DNA of 64,000 nt from Octopus vulgaris (taxonomy: Eukaryota), in assembly GCA_951406725.2 (NCBI GenBank), contig OX597830.1, positions 70,866,001-70,930,000 of the forward strand, written 5' to 3'. Of the stretch, positions 42,620 to 60,252 are shown one piece after another (position 1 is the first letter of the stretch; each line of letters opens with the position of its first letter). The position numbers and the translations under genes were made by a program. Below the pieces are notes generated by a model. It did no database searches. It was not told where the DNA came from and was given only the letters and a program-made list of their open reading frames with translations.

Positions 42620-43275
42620 TTATTTTCAAGAGAGGTGAGACAGAGTTACATTGGAAGCGATGCAGTCAAGTATCATTATTGCTATTAAAGAAAAATCTTC
42701 GTTCGGATTTAAAGCTACCAAAGACAGACTAACATTTCTACATCATACTAACTTTCCAGGAATTCTATAATTGAAGCCACTGTCGGTCTACCATCAGGAA
42801 AGAAACATTGCATGCTTTGAAACGGTTGAGTTGGAGTTGCTAGTCTATTAGAAATCGAAATAGAAAATATGGATCATAGAGGAATTCTTCTTTGGTACGT
42901 AAATTGGTTTTGGCACTATTGCGCACATCAGCCTTGGAAATTATTTGTTACCTAAAGCTATTCTTCTATTAGAGAACACTCGTAACCATTTTTCTAACAT
43001 TGATCGTGTTTTTAAAAAATGTAGTTTGCATGTTTCAAACAGACCATATATTCAGTTACCTACCAATGGACTAAAACGTAATAGAAATTTTCGCGAGGTA
43101 CTGCCCATAAGGATACTTTAAGAAAATGGTCGATGGCTTAGTCACAGATCCCGATATGACAGCAAATGATCACGGATGGTTATTTAACATTTTAAATGAC
43201 ATCCATTGTACCGATATCGCTTAGAAAGTCATTACAAAACTCTTAAGAATGTAATTTGGATGGAAGTTCTACCCG
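42620..43275 (+). pseudogene. Decayed Tigger/pogo DDD transposase fragment
   Basis: ETELHWKR, GFKATKDRLTFLHHTNFPG, LKPLSVYH..HALK, KAILLLENTRNH and LPMD*NVI match the pogo motifs DETGLFWK, KDRLTL, LLLDNAPGH and QPMDQGVI; stops and frameshifts present. Confidence 0.75.
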
Positions 43276-44175
43276 AGTCAAGGAGCAGCTTTGAAAGATT
43301 TTGGTTGACGGAGGCAAGCGCTACGGTTATACAAGAAGTTTGGAAGTTAGCAAGAGAGGCTGAACTGGATTTACGGAAGAGGATACCTTAGAATTGTTTG
43401 CTGATCGGGTAAAAGAGAGAAAAATTGGAAAACGATTTTCAATTGAAGAATAAACAAACTTAGACATCTGGATGTGGAAAAAGATGAAGCGGGGCGGGGC
43501 GGCGGGCAAAACTAAGATGTACCTGAGCGTGTTTCAAAGCTAATAAAACTGACTTGCTTCAATGATTTCTTTGCTAAAGCTCAGATTTCAATTGTGGAGT
43601 ACTGTAAAATAATTATGACTGGAATCAAAATGTCACAGTAAAGAGCAGCTTAAAGGAAAACTAAGCAGAGTTTATATTCTAGAAAGGCGTTCTGCCCTGA
43701 GTTCGGTCTGTCATCAGTGGTTGCTCTCGATCAGGACTATAATACTATAATTATACGGATCCATCCCACGCTATTGCTGAAGGAGATCGCTATACAAATG
43801 TCACTGTTGTCTTCAGTTCCGAATCATTTGGTGAGTAAACAATATATTTAAAGCATTCCTTTATTTATTCAGGTCGTATTTGATTGAATTATGTTTAGTT
43901 TATTATATACAGAACAAGAATTAACACTCTCTCCAAGACAAAGAGTACATATATATTTTTTCGAACGTCTGAAAGGAATCGCTATTTTCCCTTCCAATGT
44001 ACGGATTTTACTTCGAAATCCTTTACGTTGCCTTTTCCAGTACAGCATCCCGGGCGTAAAACCCCGAAAGTTTTTCTCTCTCTTTCTCTCTCCCCTTCTG
44101 TCCCCGGCTTTCGTCATAACGCGCGCGAACTTTTAAGATATATTTGTATGTATGCATGTACGTATACAAACATAC

Positions 44176-44247
<72 letters not shown>

Positions 44248-44547
44248 TTGTCCACTTCCACTATTCGACAACCGTTGGTTTGTATATGTCCAAGTAATTT
44301 AGCGGTTCTGCAAAGGACAACGAGCGGTACAAGTACCAGGCTGAAAAAAACAACAAAAAAACAAAAAACAAAATCAAAAAATGTCCTTGGCTCGATTTAT
44401 TCGACTTAAATCCTTTTAGGGGGGGGGGGGCATCATGGTCGTAGTCGAATGACTGAAACAAATGAAGATTTTTGTGTGTGTATGTGTACGTATGTGCGCG
44501 GGCACATGTTTACACACAAACACTCGCGTACATATACATACACTTGC

Positions 44548-44633
<86 letters not shown>

Positions 44634-45120
44634 ACATAAATACATACATACATACATACATACATACATACATACATAAATATACATACACACACGCAGG
44701 AAATATTTTCTCTTCACTATATTTTTAATTCTTTTTCTTTTAAACCGTTTTTACCTATAATCTTATACTTCAGTATATTATTACTATGTTTGTATATATA
44801 TCATATTTGTATTATAATGTTTGTATAAATATAATATATATGTTTTTAATATTTATTTATTTTTATTTTTTTATATGTATTTTTACATGCATCAATATAT
44901 GTTTTTTTGGACACTTTTATCTTAAATTAAATTCGTATACATATATGTTCATTGTAGCTTGCTTGATCTGAACCTTCTCCATTCCAATTATTAAAATTGT
45001 CTAACGTATAAGGTTCAGTTGAGCAATTATATGCAGTATCTATATGTATATGTATATATATTTCGTTTATGGATTTGGTTTGCAGGATTCTTTATGTGAC
45101 TTCGTGTGTTGGAGCATATT

Positions 45121-45383
45121 CTGTTGTATCTGGGGTGAGACATTTTCTTCTTGTGCCTTATAATTTAACACACTTACCGGTAAAATTTCAACTTAATTCT
45201 TTTTTTTTTTCCTAAAATTTTTGTTGCGTCTTGCAACCTTATCAAGAGTCAAGATTATTGAAAGTGTTACAAGACGCAACGAAAATTTTAGGAAAATAAA
45301 AATAAGAAATAAGTGGAGATTTCACCGGTGGGTCTGTTAAATTATAAGGCACAAAATGAAAATGACTCTCTCCAGACACAACA
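45121..45383. repeat. Foldback (inverted-repeat) element between TA-rich tracts
   Basis: Arms about 45121-45245 and 45258-45383 are reverse-complementary; the left flank resembles 39490-39590 and 58385-58425. Confidence 0.7.
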
Positions 45384-45437
<54 letters not shown>

Positions 45438-45636
45438 GTGTGTGTGTGTTTGTGTGTGTGTATGCGTATGTGTAAGTGTATATATATATATATGTAAAAG
45501 TAAAAAAATACAAACTGGGACAAGAACGTGAAACATTTAGAAGACGACACAAAAAACACGGACGGGACATTCGAAGCCCTCAATCTTCAAGAACCGGATC
45601 ATCTTCGCAATTTCGGCTGATTAATCTCGATAAATC

Positions 45637-45719
<83 letters not shown>

Positions 45720-45768
45720 GCATACATGCATACACACACACACACACACACGTATATATGTATATAAT

Positions 45769-46127
45769 TTTTTTTTCAGAATGAGATAAAAAAAAGCCAA
45801 GGCTGTGAAGATTTTAGAACCTTTATAATTAGAAGATCTTGCAGCTGTTTCTAGGATATTTATTATATTCCTTCATCGGAGACAGTGTGAGAAAATGCCT
45901 AAATAATGGATCTACAAGAGCAATATCCCTACATATCTCACATCTATTTTCATTCCTTCACTTCACTCTCTATTTCATATCTTATCTAAATCAACTATTG
46001 CTTAACCATCCTCTCACACCATCTCCGATGAAGGGATATAATAAATAACCTGGAAACAGCTGTAAGGCCTACTTATAAATGACCTAAAATCTTTACAGCT
46101 AATCTCATTCTGAAAAAAAAAAAAAAA
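45769..46127. mobile_element. Foldback element with a hammerhead motif in each arm
   Basis: Arms about 45769-45897 and 46008-46127; motifs at 45837-45882 (-) and 46022-46067 (+). Confidence 0.7.
46022..46067 (+). ncRNA. Minimal type I hammerhead ribozyme motif with palindromic stem III
   Basis: TCT-CCGATGA-AGG..CCT-G-GAAAC-AGCT-GTA-AGG; the mirror copy at 45837-45882 (-) has GCA instead of GTA. Confidence 0.6.
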
Positions 46128-46280
46128 GTTTTTACATATACAAATGCTGATATACTACCTACGTTGGACTCCTTATTCGCATAATCACCGAACCTGGAGC
46201 TTAACTATGGTCTATCCATAGTACTTACACACCATCACCTGACAGCTTTGGGGCTTATTGACACCATTAGCTCTCATAAC

Positions 46281-46315
<35 letters not shown>

Positions 46316-46347
46316 TACATATATATATATATATGTGTGTGTGTGTG

Positions 46348-46428
<81 letters not shown>

Positions 46429-46561
46429 CCACTTCGGCGTCCGAAACTCAGAGTTTTATCTTGACTATTGAATAATTGTAACATATTATTTTATAGATAA
46501 ATTTCCTCTATTTACATAATATTGAGGTCTCTTTCTTTCTTTTGTTATCTTACCGTTTTTA

Positions 46562-46613
<52 letters not shown>

Positions 46614-47124
46614 GGTATGTAGAAAAATACAACATGGACAAGAACGTATAACTCTTAGAAGACGATACAATAAACACGGACAGGACATTCGAAACCGTCA
46701 GTCTTCAGTCAAGAACCGGATCATCGATATATATACATATATGTTGATGGATTCTCCTGTCGAAAACGGTGTATGAGCATTCAACTTCGCCAAACGACCT
46801 GCACAAATTATTTGTTTATAGCGATCAAAATTTCGTGCCGCACGTTAGCTCGCCCTCTCCAACAGAGCGACGTTGTCTGAACAGGTGCACGATTTACCAC
46901 GCGTCAGGTGTCGAAGTGATCGCAAAGCAACTTGGGATTAATTGCTTTGCTGAGTAGCAAAACGCACCACCCGGTCTGGGAATTGAAATCATGATTGCCA
47001 GGTCATGAGTGCAACATCCTAACCATCAGCCATTGCTCCATCTCACACACACACACACACACACATAGAAACACACGCACATGTATATATGTTTATGTAT
47101 GTATGATAATTTTCCTCTCTTTCT

Positions 47125-47186
<62 letters not shown>

Positions 47187-47834
47187 TATTTAAGTAGGTG
47201 AATGAATTATACTAGTATAGATAATTCGGTTAATCGATACCTGGGTAGCAAATTCACGTCAGAAAACACGGTTGAAGCAACATGCCATGGGCAAAACCCC
47301 GTGTTCATGTGTGGAAATTTGTGTGTTTTTTCTTATATGAATAAATGAAAAGAATGGAGTCGAACGAAGATTTCAACAAAATATATATATGTGTGTGTGT
47401 GTGTGTGTGCGTGTGTGTGTGTGTGTGCGTGTGTGTGTGTGTGTGTGTATGTGTGTGTATGTCATATTTAGATATAGTAATGTTCAGTATTTACGCCACC
47501 TCCTGTATATTTAGACATACATTTCGGATATGTATATGAGTAATTAAGTCCTATTTTCTTATAGAATGTTCGGTATTTAGGAGGAGCGGAAACCGGGTGT
47601 CGTCGATAGAATTAAAAAGAAGTAGGTAAATAGTGAATTAGGCAGATAAATATATAAATAGGCAGATACATCGCGGGATAAATGCTTATATGAATAAATA
47701 TGTTTGGCAATAAAATCGCTTAAATAGATAGATAGAAAGATAGATAGATAGATAGCTTTCTCTCTATGCAAATAATATATTCATATTTGGTTAAGCCAAT
47801 GCACGTACACACAGTTGCTTACGTATGAATATAC

Positions 47835-47907
<73 letters not shown>

Positions 47908-48105
47908 TGTTGGTGTGTTTACGTCCCAGTAACTTAGCGGTTGGATATAAAGAAAAAAAAACAAAAAAAAACAGATAGAATAAGTGCTAGGCTTCAAAAT
48001 TTTAAGTCCTGGGGGCGAATTGTTCGACTAAAATCTTCTAAGGCAGTGCTCCAATATGGCCGCAGTCAAATGATTGAAACAAGTAGAAGAATAAAAGAAT
48101 AAAAG

Positions 48106-48144
<39 letters not shown>

Positions 48145-48260
48145 CGTATGGTGAGAGAAAGAGAGAGAGATTGAGCGAGAGAGAGAGAAAGAGAGAGAGA
48201 GAGAAATAGAGAGATTGGTAAATGGCCTGATAGTTAGATAGATAGATAGATATATAGATG

Positions 48261-48324
<64 letters not shown>

Positions 48325-48419
48325 TCTTACTATTGATAAGAGCAGAAATAGGAAGACAGAATTTTGAGACATGGTCTGATGAAATGAATGACATGTGTTT
48401 CTCCTTCTCTAGTTCTCTC

Positions 48420-48454
<35 letters not shown>

Positions 48455-48567
48455 CACACATACACACACACACTCTCTCTACTAAACTACTTATGTATTT
48501 ATTCTACATATCTGTGTGTATGTATATATTTATTTATATTTATCCATCTATATATACATGCATATTC

Positions 48568-48609
<42 letters not shown>

Positions 48610-48760
48610 ATATATGTATTTCATTTTCTGTTTGAAATAGTTAGGGCTTCTCAGACAAGTAATGTTAAGTGTGTGGCCCTTAGGAACACACACAGACAAC
48701 CATGTACAAACATAAATTAATAATGAATGCATATACGTGTATACGTTTATAAGTGTGTAC

Positions 48761-48820
<60 letters not shown>

Positions 48821-48884
48821 ACATTTATATGTAAGCATACCTTTATATATATAGACGTATATGCATGCTTGTTCGTCCATGTAT

Positions 48885-48928
<44 letters not shown>

Positions 48929-49877
48929 ACATGTATATAGAGACCTACACATACATTCATAATTATATTGAGAGAAAAAAGACGTTAGATAAAATGATAA
49001 GAGGACCATAAAAATCAAATGAGCAAAGATAGTCATAGCGTTAACCAAGAGGGGAGGAAGAGGAAGAGATAGAAAGAGCAAGAGAATGAGAGAAAGGAAG
49101 ATGGAAAAGGTGAGAGAGAGAGAGAGAGAGAGTGGGAGAGAGTAAAGGCAAAGGGAAAAATAAGGATTGTTTTGTGACACATAAAGGGAATGGGTGGTGT
49201 TGCAAGCATTATTGAAAGCCCTTATCGAAGGAAGCTAGATGTGATAGGATTGATAGAGAAACACTTAGGAATGAGTAGGCGAGGCAGAAAGCGAAGCTAA
49301 ACAGATAGACAGAAAGAGAACGACGGAGGTGGAGGAAGGTATTTAAGGGAGAGGTGCCACTGTAGTCAGGCAGTGAAATACATGAGCAACGAGAGAGAGA
49401 GAGAGAGAGAGAGAGGGTAGGAGGGAGAGTGAAAGTGTGAGCGAGGAATATAAAATAAGAGAGAGGGAGAGGCGCAGATATATAACAACATAGAAGGAGG
49501 GAAAAATAGAGTGAGGAAGAGAGAGTGAGAGGAAAGGGAGAGAAGTGATGATATAGTGCTGGCATTTTCATTATATATGTTTGAATAAGTGTGCATGTGT
49601 ATGTATATGTATATATATGCTGTATGTGTGTATGCGTGCGCGTGTATATGTTTTTGTATGTGGTGTGTAGTGTACAGTAGTAAATTTATGACTGGTTACT
49701 TTCTCTTTTCTCTCTACCTCTTCCACCTCGTTGTTATTTATTTTTTGTTTTACTTCATTATTTATTTTTATTTTCTGTTTGTCTGTTTGTCTGGCTGTCT
49801 GTCTGTCTGAATTGTCTAAATGTTGCTGGCGTTGATTCTGGAGTAGTCGCCATTTAATGTTCACGGTAATGAACAGT

Positions 49878-51495
<1,618 letters not shown>

Positions 51496-51532
51496 TGCCG
51501 ATTTCTTGATGCCGAGAATTTAATTTCTTTCA

Positions 51533-51589
<57 letters not shown>

Positions 51590-52054
51590 ATCAAAGTTGT
51601 CTGTATAAAGCTATTTTGGTTCCGAAAAGGTTCCTTCCATGCAATGAGGACATGCGAACAGGAAGTGCAGTTTGTGTCTCAGATGATTTCATTGCACATC
51701 TGCTCCCCCCACCCCATCGATGTTTCTTCCCATCAATCTCTTCTTCACTGTTGTTCTTTGAAAGAAGTCGGCTCCCTACGTAGCATTTACTTCCCCATCC
51801 TTGACTGGACGATCAGATGTATCAACCTGGCCACACCGAAGCAACAATATTACGGAAAATTTCAAGAAGGAACTCATCCATCCAGCCGGACTACCTAGGC
51901 GGCGATGCAAAGAAGTACATCGATCTCTTCCATTGTCCCAAATCAGTGATACTGTTTACACGTATCAATTTGTTCAGAAGATCTCAACGATGGTCAATAA
52001 GATCCATCGTCGTCCATATCAAATTTTCTTGTTAACATTTATCTACAATAATCG

Positions 52055-53285
52055 CAGGCGTCGGTCGCTGTGTGGTAAGAAGCTTGTGTGGCGTCGCAGT
52101 ATGATAAGAAGGCGGCGATCTGGCAGAAACGTTTGCACGCCGGTGAAATGCTTAGCGGTATTTTGTCTGCCGTTACGTTCTGAGTTCAAATTCCGCCGAG
52201 GTCGACTTTGCCTTTCATTCTTTCGGGGTCGATAAATTAAGTACCAGTTACGCACTGGGGTCGATGTAATCGACTTAATACCTATGTCTGTCCTTGTTTG
52301 TCCCCTCTATGTTTAGCCCCTTGTGGGTAATAAAGAAATAGGTATTTCGTCTGCCGTTACGTTCTGAGTTCAAATTCCGCCGAGGTCGACTTTGCCTTTC
52401 ATCCTCTCGGAGTCGATAAAATAAGTACCAGTTACGCACTAGGGTCGATATAATCGACTTAATCCGTTTGTCTAGCCTTGTTCGTTCTCTCTGTGTTTAG
52501 CTCCTTGTGTGTAGTAAAGAAATTGGTATTTCGTCTGGCGTTACGTTCTGAGTTCAAATTCCGCCGAGGTCGACTTTGCCTTTCATCCTCTCGGAGTCGA
52601 TAAAATAAGTACCAGTTACGCACTAGGGTCGATATAATCGACTTAATCCGTTTGTCTGTCCTTGTTTGTCTTCTCTGTGGGTAATAAAGAAATAGGTATT
52701 TCGTCTGCAGTTACATTCTGATTTTAAATTCCGCCGAGGACGACTTTGCCTTTCATCCTTTCGGGGTCGATAAATTAATTACCAGTTAGGCACTGGGATC
52801 GATGTAATCGACTTAATCCCTTTGTCTGTCCTTGTTTGTTCTGTCCATGTTTAACCCCTTGTGGGCAAGAAAGAAATAAGAAGCTTGTGTCCCAACCACA
52901 TGGTTCTGGATTCAGTTCCATCGTCTAGCATCTTGGGCAAGTGTCTTCTGTTATAGCCTCGGGTCGACCAAACCCTTGTGAGTGGATTTGATGGACGGAA
53001 ACTGAAAGAAGCCCATCGTTTGTGTACATATATATGTATATATATCTCCATATGTGTGTGTCTTGTGTCTGTGATTGTCCTCCCACATCACCGCTGCACA
53101 ACCGGTGTTAACGTGTTTGCGTCCGCGGAACTTAGCGGTTCGGCCAAGGAGACCGCCAGAACAAGTACCATGCTTAAAAAATATAAGTACTGGGGTCAAT
53201 TCATTCGACTAAAATATTCAAGACAGTGCTCCAGTATGGCCGTGGTCTAATGCCCGAAAGAAGTAAAAGCTAAAAGATAAAAGAA
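52055..53285 (+). mobile_element. SINE family A interrupted by a SINE B tetramer
   Basis: Head at 52055-52089 continues at 52877-53285. Confidence 0.8.
52111..52876 (+). mobile_element. SINE family B tandem tetramer inside one TSD
   Basis: Restarts at GGTATTTCG at 52341, 52525 and 52695; TSD TAAGAAGCTTGTGT at 52076-52089 and 52877-52890. Confidence 0.9.
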
Positions 53286-55488
53286 AATCAATTGGTTATT
53301 CCTCAACGCCACCCAAAATGCATGCGCGCGCGCACGTGTGCCTGTGATTCCCCGCACCAAAAAAAAAGTGGTGGGGTCGATTTATTCAACTAAGAGAAAT
53401 TCTCCAAGGCGGTGCTCCAGCATGGTCGCAGTGTAATGGCTGAAAAAGCAAAAGACAAAAGATACAACAGCAACAACAGCTGTTATGAATTGGATACCTT
53501 TGATTATAGACCGGTAGTAAATTCCGCAGTAAATAAATACAATTTTTCCGGCGCTCTATCGATTCTGTTATTTCATCTATTTTGACCCGACTATAATAAT
53601 TGTTTCTAAAATAAACACAAAGCCATTTAATTGGTGGAAGGAAAGCAGTGGTTTGAACCCAAAACGTAAAAAAGCTGAAATGAATATCGATTTAAAATTT
53701 TAGCAAAAATTCAAACAACTTCCGGGGAGAGGGTATGTCGGTTACACCAACTCTGAGGTTCGACTAGTACTTATTTTGTCGACCCCGAATGGATGAAAGG
53801 CACAGTTAACCTCGGTGGAATTTGAACTCAGAACGGAGAGACGGATGAAATGCCGCTAAACATCATGTCCGGCTCACTAACGATTCTACCAGCTCGCCGC
53901 CTTAAAGCTAGAATAAATATCGATTTCAAATTTTAGCACAAGGCCAGCAATTTTGGGGGAAGGAGTTAATTCGATTATATTCACCCCAATGCTCACCTGG
54001 TACTTATTTTATCGACCCCGAAAGGCTGAACGGTAAAGTCGTCCCTAGCGGCATTTGAACCCAGAACGTAAAGACGGACGAAAAGCCGCTAAGCATTTTG
54101 CTCGGTTGGCTAACGGTTCTGCCAGCTCGCCAACTTAAAACCGGAATAAGTATCACTAGCAATTTTGTTCGACGCTCTAATACATTGCCTTAGAAACAAC
54201 TAAAACAACCACCACCGACACTAGTACAACCCTTTCTGCCACCGCTACCAATAGTATCGATGTTACCATCTCCTCAATCACCAATACCATGAACATACCA
54301 TCGCCATCATCGTCTTCAACAGAGTTACCACCGCCGCCGCCATCTCTTTTCTAACTAAAACACCATTTTCAAAACTGCATTAGAGCCAGCGCCATGACTA
54401 CCACAACGATCACGACGACAACGACGACGACGACGACAACCAAAACTACCACCACCACCACCACCACTACCACTACTATCATCACCACCTCCGACATCAT
54501 AACCATCAACCTTCATCAGCAGGGTTACCACCACAAACACCCGTTCGAAACTCCGCCACTGCAGCCACCCTCATTGCAATTGAGGCACACCATTAATACC
54601 ATTACAGATACCACCACCACCACCACCACCACCAGCACCACCGCCGCCGCCGCCGCCACCTCCACCGCTGCCGCCGTCGCCTTCATTACCATCATCATCA
54701 TCAAGGAAGCCTTACCCATCGCAGCCATCTCTTTGATAAGAGACTCGCCATTACCATCACGACCACGACCACCATCACCATCGTCGCAGTCACCTCCACC
54801 ACCACCACCACCACCACATCCACCACCACCACCGTCACTGCCACCACCGACATCACCTCACCAGCAGCTTCACCATACAATAAATATTTATTTCCACGTT
54901 ATTATCTTTTCTCCTTCTTCGTCACAATCTTCCTCCTCCCAGCTTTCTATTTTCGTTTCCACCGCTCGTCGTCATATTTTTTTTCTTTACTGTAATAGCA
55001 TTAGTAGTAGTAGTAGTAGTAATAGTAGTAGTAGTAGTAGTTTTAGGTTTAATTGCAGTAGTATTAGTAGTAGTAGTAGTTGTAGTAGTAGTGGTTGTTT
55101 TTATTCCAGCATGGTTCATTTACAAGAAACATTTGTGTGTGTCTTATATTCTCCCATGTTCCATTCACCAAACAATATCATTATTCCAGTGGAAACGCGT
55201 ACACAGGTATAGTGATATACATAATATACATATACATTATACATAGACATATGCATATATATATATATATATATACATATATACATATACATATAGATAC
55301 ATCCATACGGACAGGCATAGACACATACCTACACACACACACACATATACGAAAGTGCTAACACAAATAGTGCGAATAACGTATTTGCACACGATTACAC
55401 ACACACACACACACATATGAGTGTGTACATATATACATTATATACATATATACATACATATATACATACATACATATATACATGTATG

Positions 55489-55530
<42 letters not shown>

Positions 55531-55538
55531 CATACATG

Positions 55539-55572
<34 letters not shown>

Positions 55573-56135
55573 TGTATGTATGTATATTTCTATCTATAAT
55601 TATGTGTGTGCGTGTGTATACAGCCACAAGCATACAAATACACATACGAACATATATTACATTCAGATATACATGTATATATACATTTCGCACGTACACA
55701 CAGACACACACACATATATGTATATATATATATACAGTTTATGTATTACGTATACGTCTGAGATTTTGCATTTTCACTCACTTTTTTACGCATGCATGAA
55801 TATATATACATATTTATTATATAAATGCACTCTACGTCTTGGTATGTATATATAACCGACAAATCTAATCACGCATGTATTCACACATATACACACGCCA
55901 ACATCCCCCCCCCCACACATATATATATTATAGAGAGAGAGAGAAAGAGAGTTATGCATATATACATCCATACATATATTCTTATATATAAACATGTGTG
56001 TGTGTATGTGCGTATTGTATATTGTGTATATTGTGTATATTGTGCGTATGTGACTGGGTTTGTGCGTGCATACATATCTATGTTTTCGTCATGTGTCAGT
56101 GAAGTGCACATAATTTAAGACTATACACAGGTATA

Positions 56136-56171
<36 letters not shown>

Positions 56172-56870
56172 TATAGTGAATATTTGCGTTTTGCTGCTAT
56201 ATGTTCATGTATGTATAAGGCCGCGAGCTGGCAGAATCGTTAGCATACCGGGCTAAAGGCTTTCCTTCTCTATCAATGTTGATGAGTTCAAATTTTGCCG
56301 AGGTCGATCAGGAACATTCATCAATTTCGGGGTAGACGAAATAAGTACCAGTTGAGCAAATGGGCGAGATGTGATTGACAAGCCTCCGCCCCCGAAATTT
56401 CAGGCTTTGCGTCTATAGCAGAAAAGATATATTTCTGTACGTATAGAAATATCCCGATATATGTCCACACACACACACACACATATATATGTAATATTTT
56501 GGACTATGTCACTTAGTGTGCAGATGTGCTGAGTAAAGCACTGGCACGGTTTAGGCTACCTGGTGTCATCCGTAGTTAGGATGTATTTCCGTTGGATCAA
56601 CTACACACATATACATGTACATAAACATACGTTTCCATTTTGGTATATCAGTGCATGCGTGATAAAGCCAGGATACACGTTTGTATAGGTATTACAAGTG
56701 ACCCGAGGTTATTACAGTGATATAACATTTGACAATTAACCCCTTCATACCAAGGGTAGAGAAATGTTAAGGGTGAATCCGTTGTCAGAATTGAAGATCT
56801 AATTTGTAATATTTTTGGCATAAATTTGTTATATACTTATCTACATACGCAAACATAAATATGGAAAAAC

Positions 56871-56962
<92 letters not shown>

Positions 56963-56970
56963 GTCTATCA

Positions 56971-57004
<34 letters not shown>

Positions 57005-57175
57005 TTTTCTCTCTGCCTGCCTACCTGTCTGTTTGCTGTCTCTGTATGTATGCATGTATGTATGTATGTATGTATGTATGTATGTATGTATGTATGTATG
57101 TATGTATGTACGTACATACAAACGTATAAATTATTATAAATGTTGTCGGATACGTATGGTTATCTATCTACCTAC

Positions 57176-57253
<78 letters not shown>

Positions 57254-57258
57254 GTCTG

Positions 57259-57317
<59 letters not shown>

Positions 57318-57325
57318 GTCTATCA

Positions 57326-57371
<46 letters not shown>

Positions 57372-57538
57372 TTTTCTCTCTGCCTGCCTACCTGTCTGTT
57401 TGCTGTCTCTGTATGTATGCATGCATGTATGAATGTATGTATGTATGTATGTATGTATGTATGTATGTATGTATGTATGTATGTATGTACGTACATACAA
57501 ACGTATAAATTATTATAAATGTTGTGGGATACGTATGG

Positions 57539-57612
<74 letters not shown>

Positions 57613-57630
57613 GTCTATCTATCTATCTAT
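56871..57630. repeat. Higher-order tandem repeat of a compound microsatellite unit
   Basis: (CTAT)n-(CTGT)n-unique-(TATG)n-ACGTATAAATTATTATAAATGTTGT.GGATACGTATGGTT occurs twice, plus a partial third unit. Confidence 0.85.
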
Positions 57631-57677
57631 CTATCTTTATATATATATATGTATGTGTGCGTATATATGCATATCTT

Positions 57678-57708
<31 letters not shown>

Positions 57709-57792
57709 ATAGGTCATACATGCATAAACACACATAAAACATATAAGAGTATATGTATGTACATATATACATTATATACTTGTACATATCTG

Positions 57793-57847
<55 letters not shown>

Positions 57848-58192
57848 CTGTAAATATATTTGTATCTATGTATCTTTCTTTCTATACAGGCGCACGATCG
57901 CGCGCGCGCACACACACTCACACACATTTATGTATATGGATTTTAAAATCCTAATAAATATAGAAACACAATTATATTTCAGCAATAAACATATGTATGT
58001 ATGCATATGTGATTGTGTGTTGTGTACACATGCACCTATCAAGGCAATAAGATACACGCATATGTATATACATACATTCCTTAACACGCACACAACACAG
58101 TCACACGTGCGTATCTGTGTGTGAATGTATATATATATATGCACATACATATATACATATATAAGTATATAGAAACTTACATCCATACAAAC

Positions 58193-58273
<81 letters not shown>

Positions 58274-58316
58274 CACATATATATACACATATATATATAT
58301 ATATACACATATATAT

Positions 58317-58359
<43 letters not shown>

Positions 58360-58422
58360 CCACACGCACATACATGGATTTATGTTGCAAGATTCCTGAT
58401 GTGAAAGCGTGTGTTGAAACAA

Positions 58423-58467
<45 letters not shown>

Positions 58468-58513
58468 TATATAAATATATACAGAGAAAGAGAGAATGAG
58501 TGATACATTGATA

Positions 58514-58706
<193 letters not shown>

Positions 58707-58719
58707 CACTCTCTCTATC

Positions 58720-58766
<47 letters not shown>

Positions 58767-58960
58767 TTATCTATCTGTGTGTCTGTCTCTCTGTATATCT
58801 ATGTTTGACGGCGCATATATACACATGTTGTTGCTTTTGGATTTTTTTCGGAAATGTCTTTATGTTCTCATTCAAATTATGCAGTTTTTTTTTATTTATG
58901 GCTCAGGTATATTTTTGCCGGTCAATTTGTAGGAGTGTATTGAACTCCCCTTGCATGCGT

Positions 58961-58992
<32 letters not shown>

Positions 58993-59237
58993 TGTATGTA
59001 TGTATGTATGTATGTATGTATGTATGTATGTATGTATGTATGTATGTATGTGTGTGTGTATGTATGTATGTATGTATGAATGTATTTATGTATATATGTT
59101 TGTATGCATGCAGGTATGTATATATGTATGTATAAATATGTATATATAAGTATATTTATATATACATAAATGTATATTTATATATATATAATACGTAAAC
59201 AAATTTACAGAAATATGAATATACATATGCATGCATA

Positions 59238-59272
<35 letters not shown>

Positions 59273-59379
59273 GCACCTATATATGTATTTATTTACCTAT
59301 GAATATTTATACTCGCATATATATATGTGTGTGTGTTTAATAAACGAATATATGTAAAAGTATATCTTATTTAAATATG

Positions 59380-59412
<33 letters not shown>

Positions 59413-59481
59413 TATGTGTATATTTATATGTACACGTATGTATGTATATATATATGATATAAAAATTCAGTTATGCATATA

Positions 59482-59526
<45 letters not shown>

Positions 59527-59529
59527 AAA

Positions 59530-59570
<41 letters not shown>

Positions 59571-59929
59571 GTATATATTTATCTATGTATATAAATGTCT
59601 ATATATATGTATAGATATGTATATATGTATATATGTATATATATATTTGTATATATATGTATATATACATATATATATATATGTATATATATATGCATAT
59701 ATATATGTATATATATGTATATATGTATATATGTATATGTATATATATATATATGCATACACATGCATATTAAATTAAACGGAATTTATGCTAAAATTTT
59801 ATATCACGTATATCATGTATATATACATAGCCCTATACATACATACATATATATATATTTGTGTATGTAGAGATATGTCTGCATATGCATATATACGTAA
59901 ACGCACACACATACACATATATATTTTTT

Positions 59930-60197
59930 TATTCTTTCACTTGTTTCATTCATTTGACTGCGGGTATGCTGAAGCTTTGCATTTAGTCGAGCTAATTGAC
60001 CCCCAGGACTTATTAATTGTGCGCCTAGTAAATTACTCTGTCGGCCACTTTTGTCGAACCGCTAAGTGACGGAACCACAAACACGTCAGTGTCGGTTGTG
60101 AAGCGATTTTTGGGGGACAATCACACATACACATACACAAACATACATACACACTCAAAAACATACACACACACATACACACACATACATATATATA

Positions 60198-60252
<55 letters not shown>

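Noticed and set aside
51590-52035. Higher-complexity segment as an exon or transposase
   Set aside because: No recognisable motif or consistent splice signals by eye
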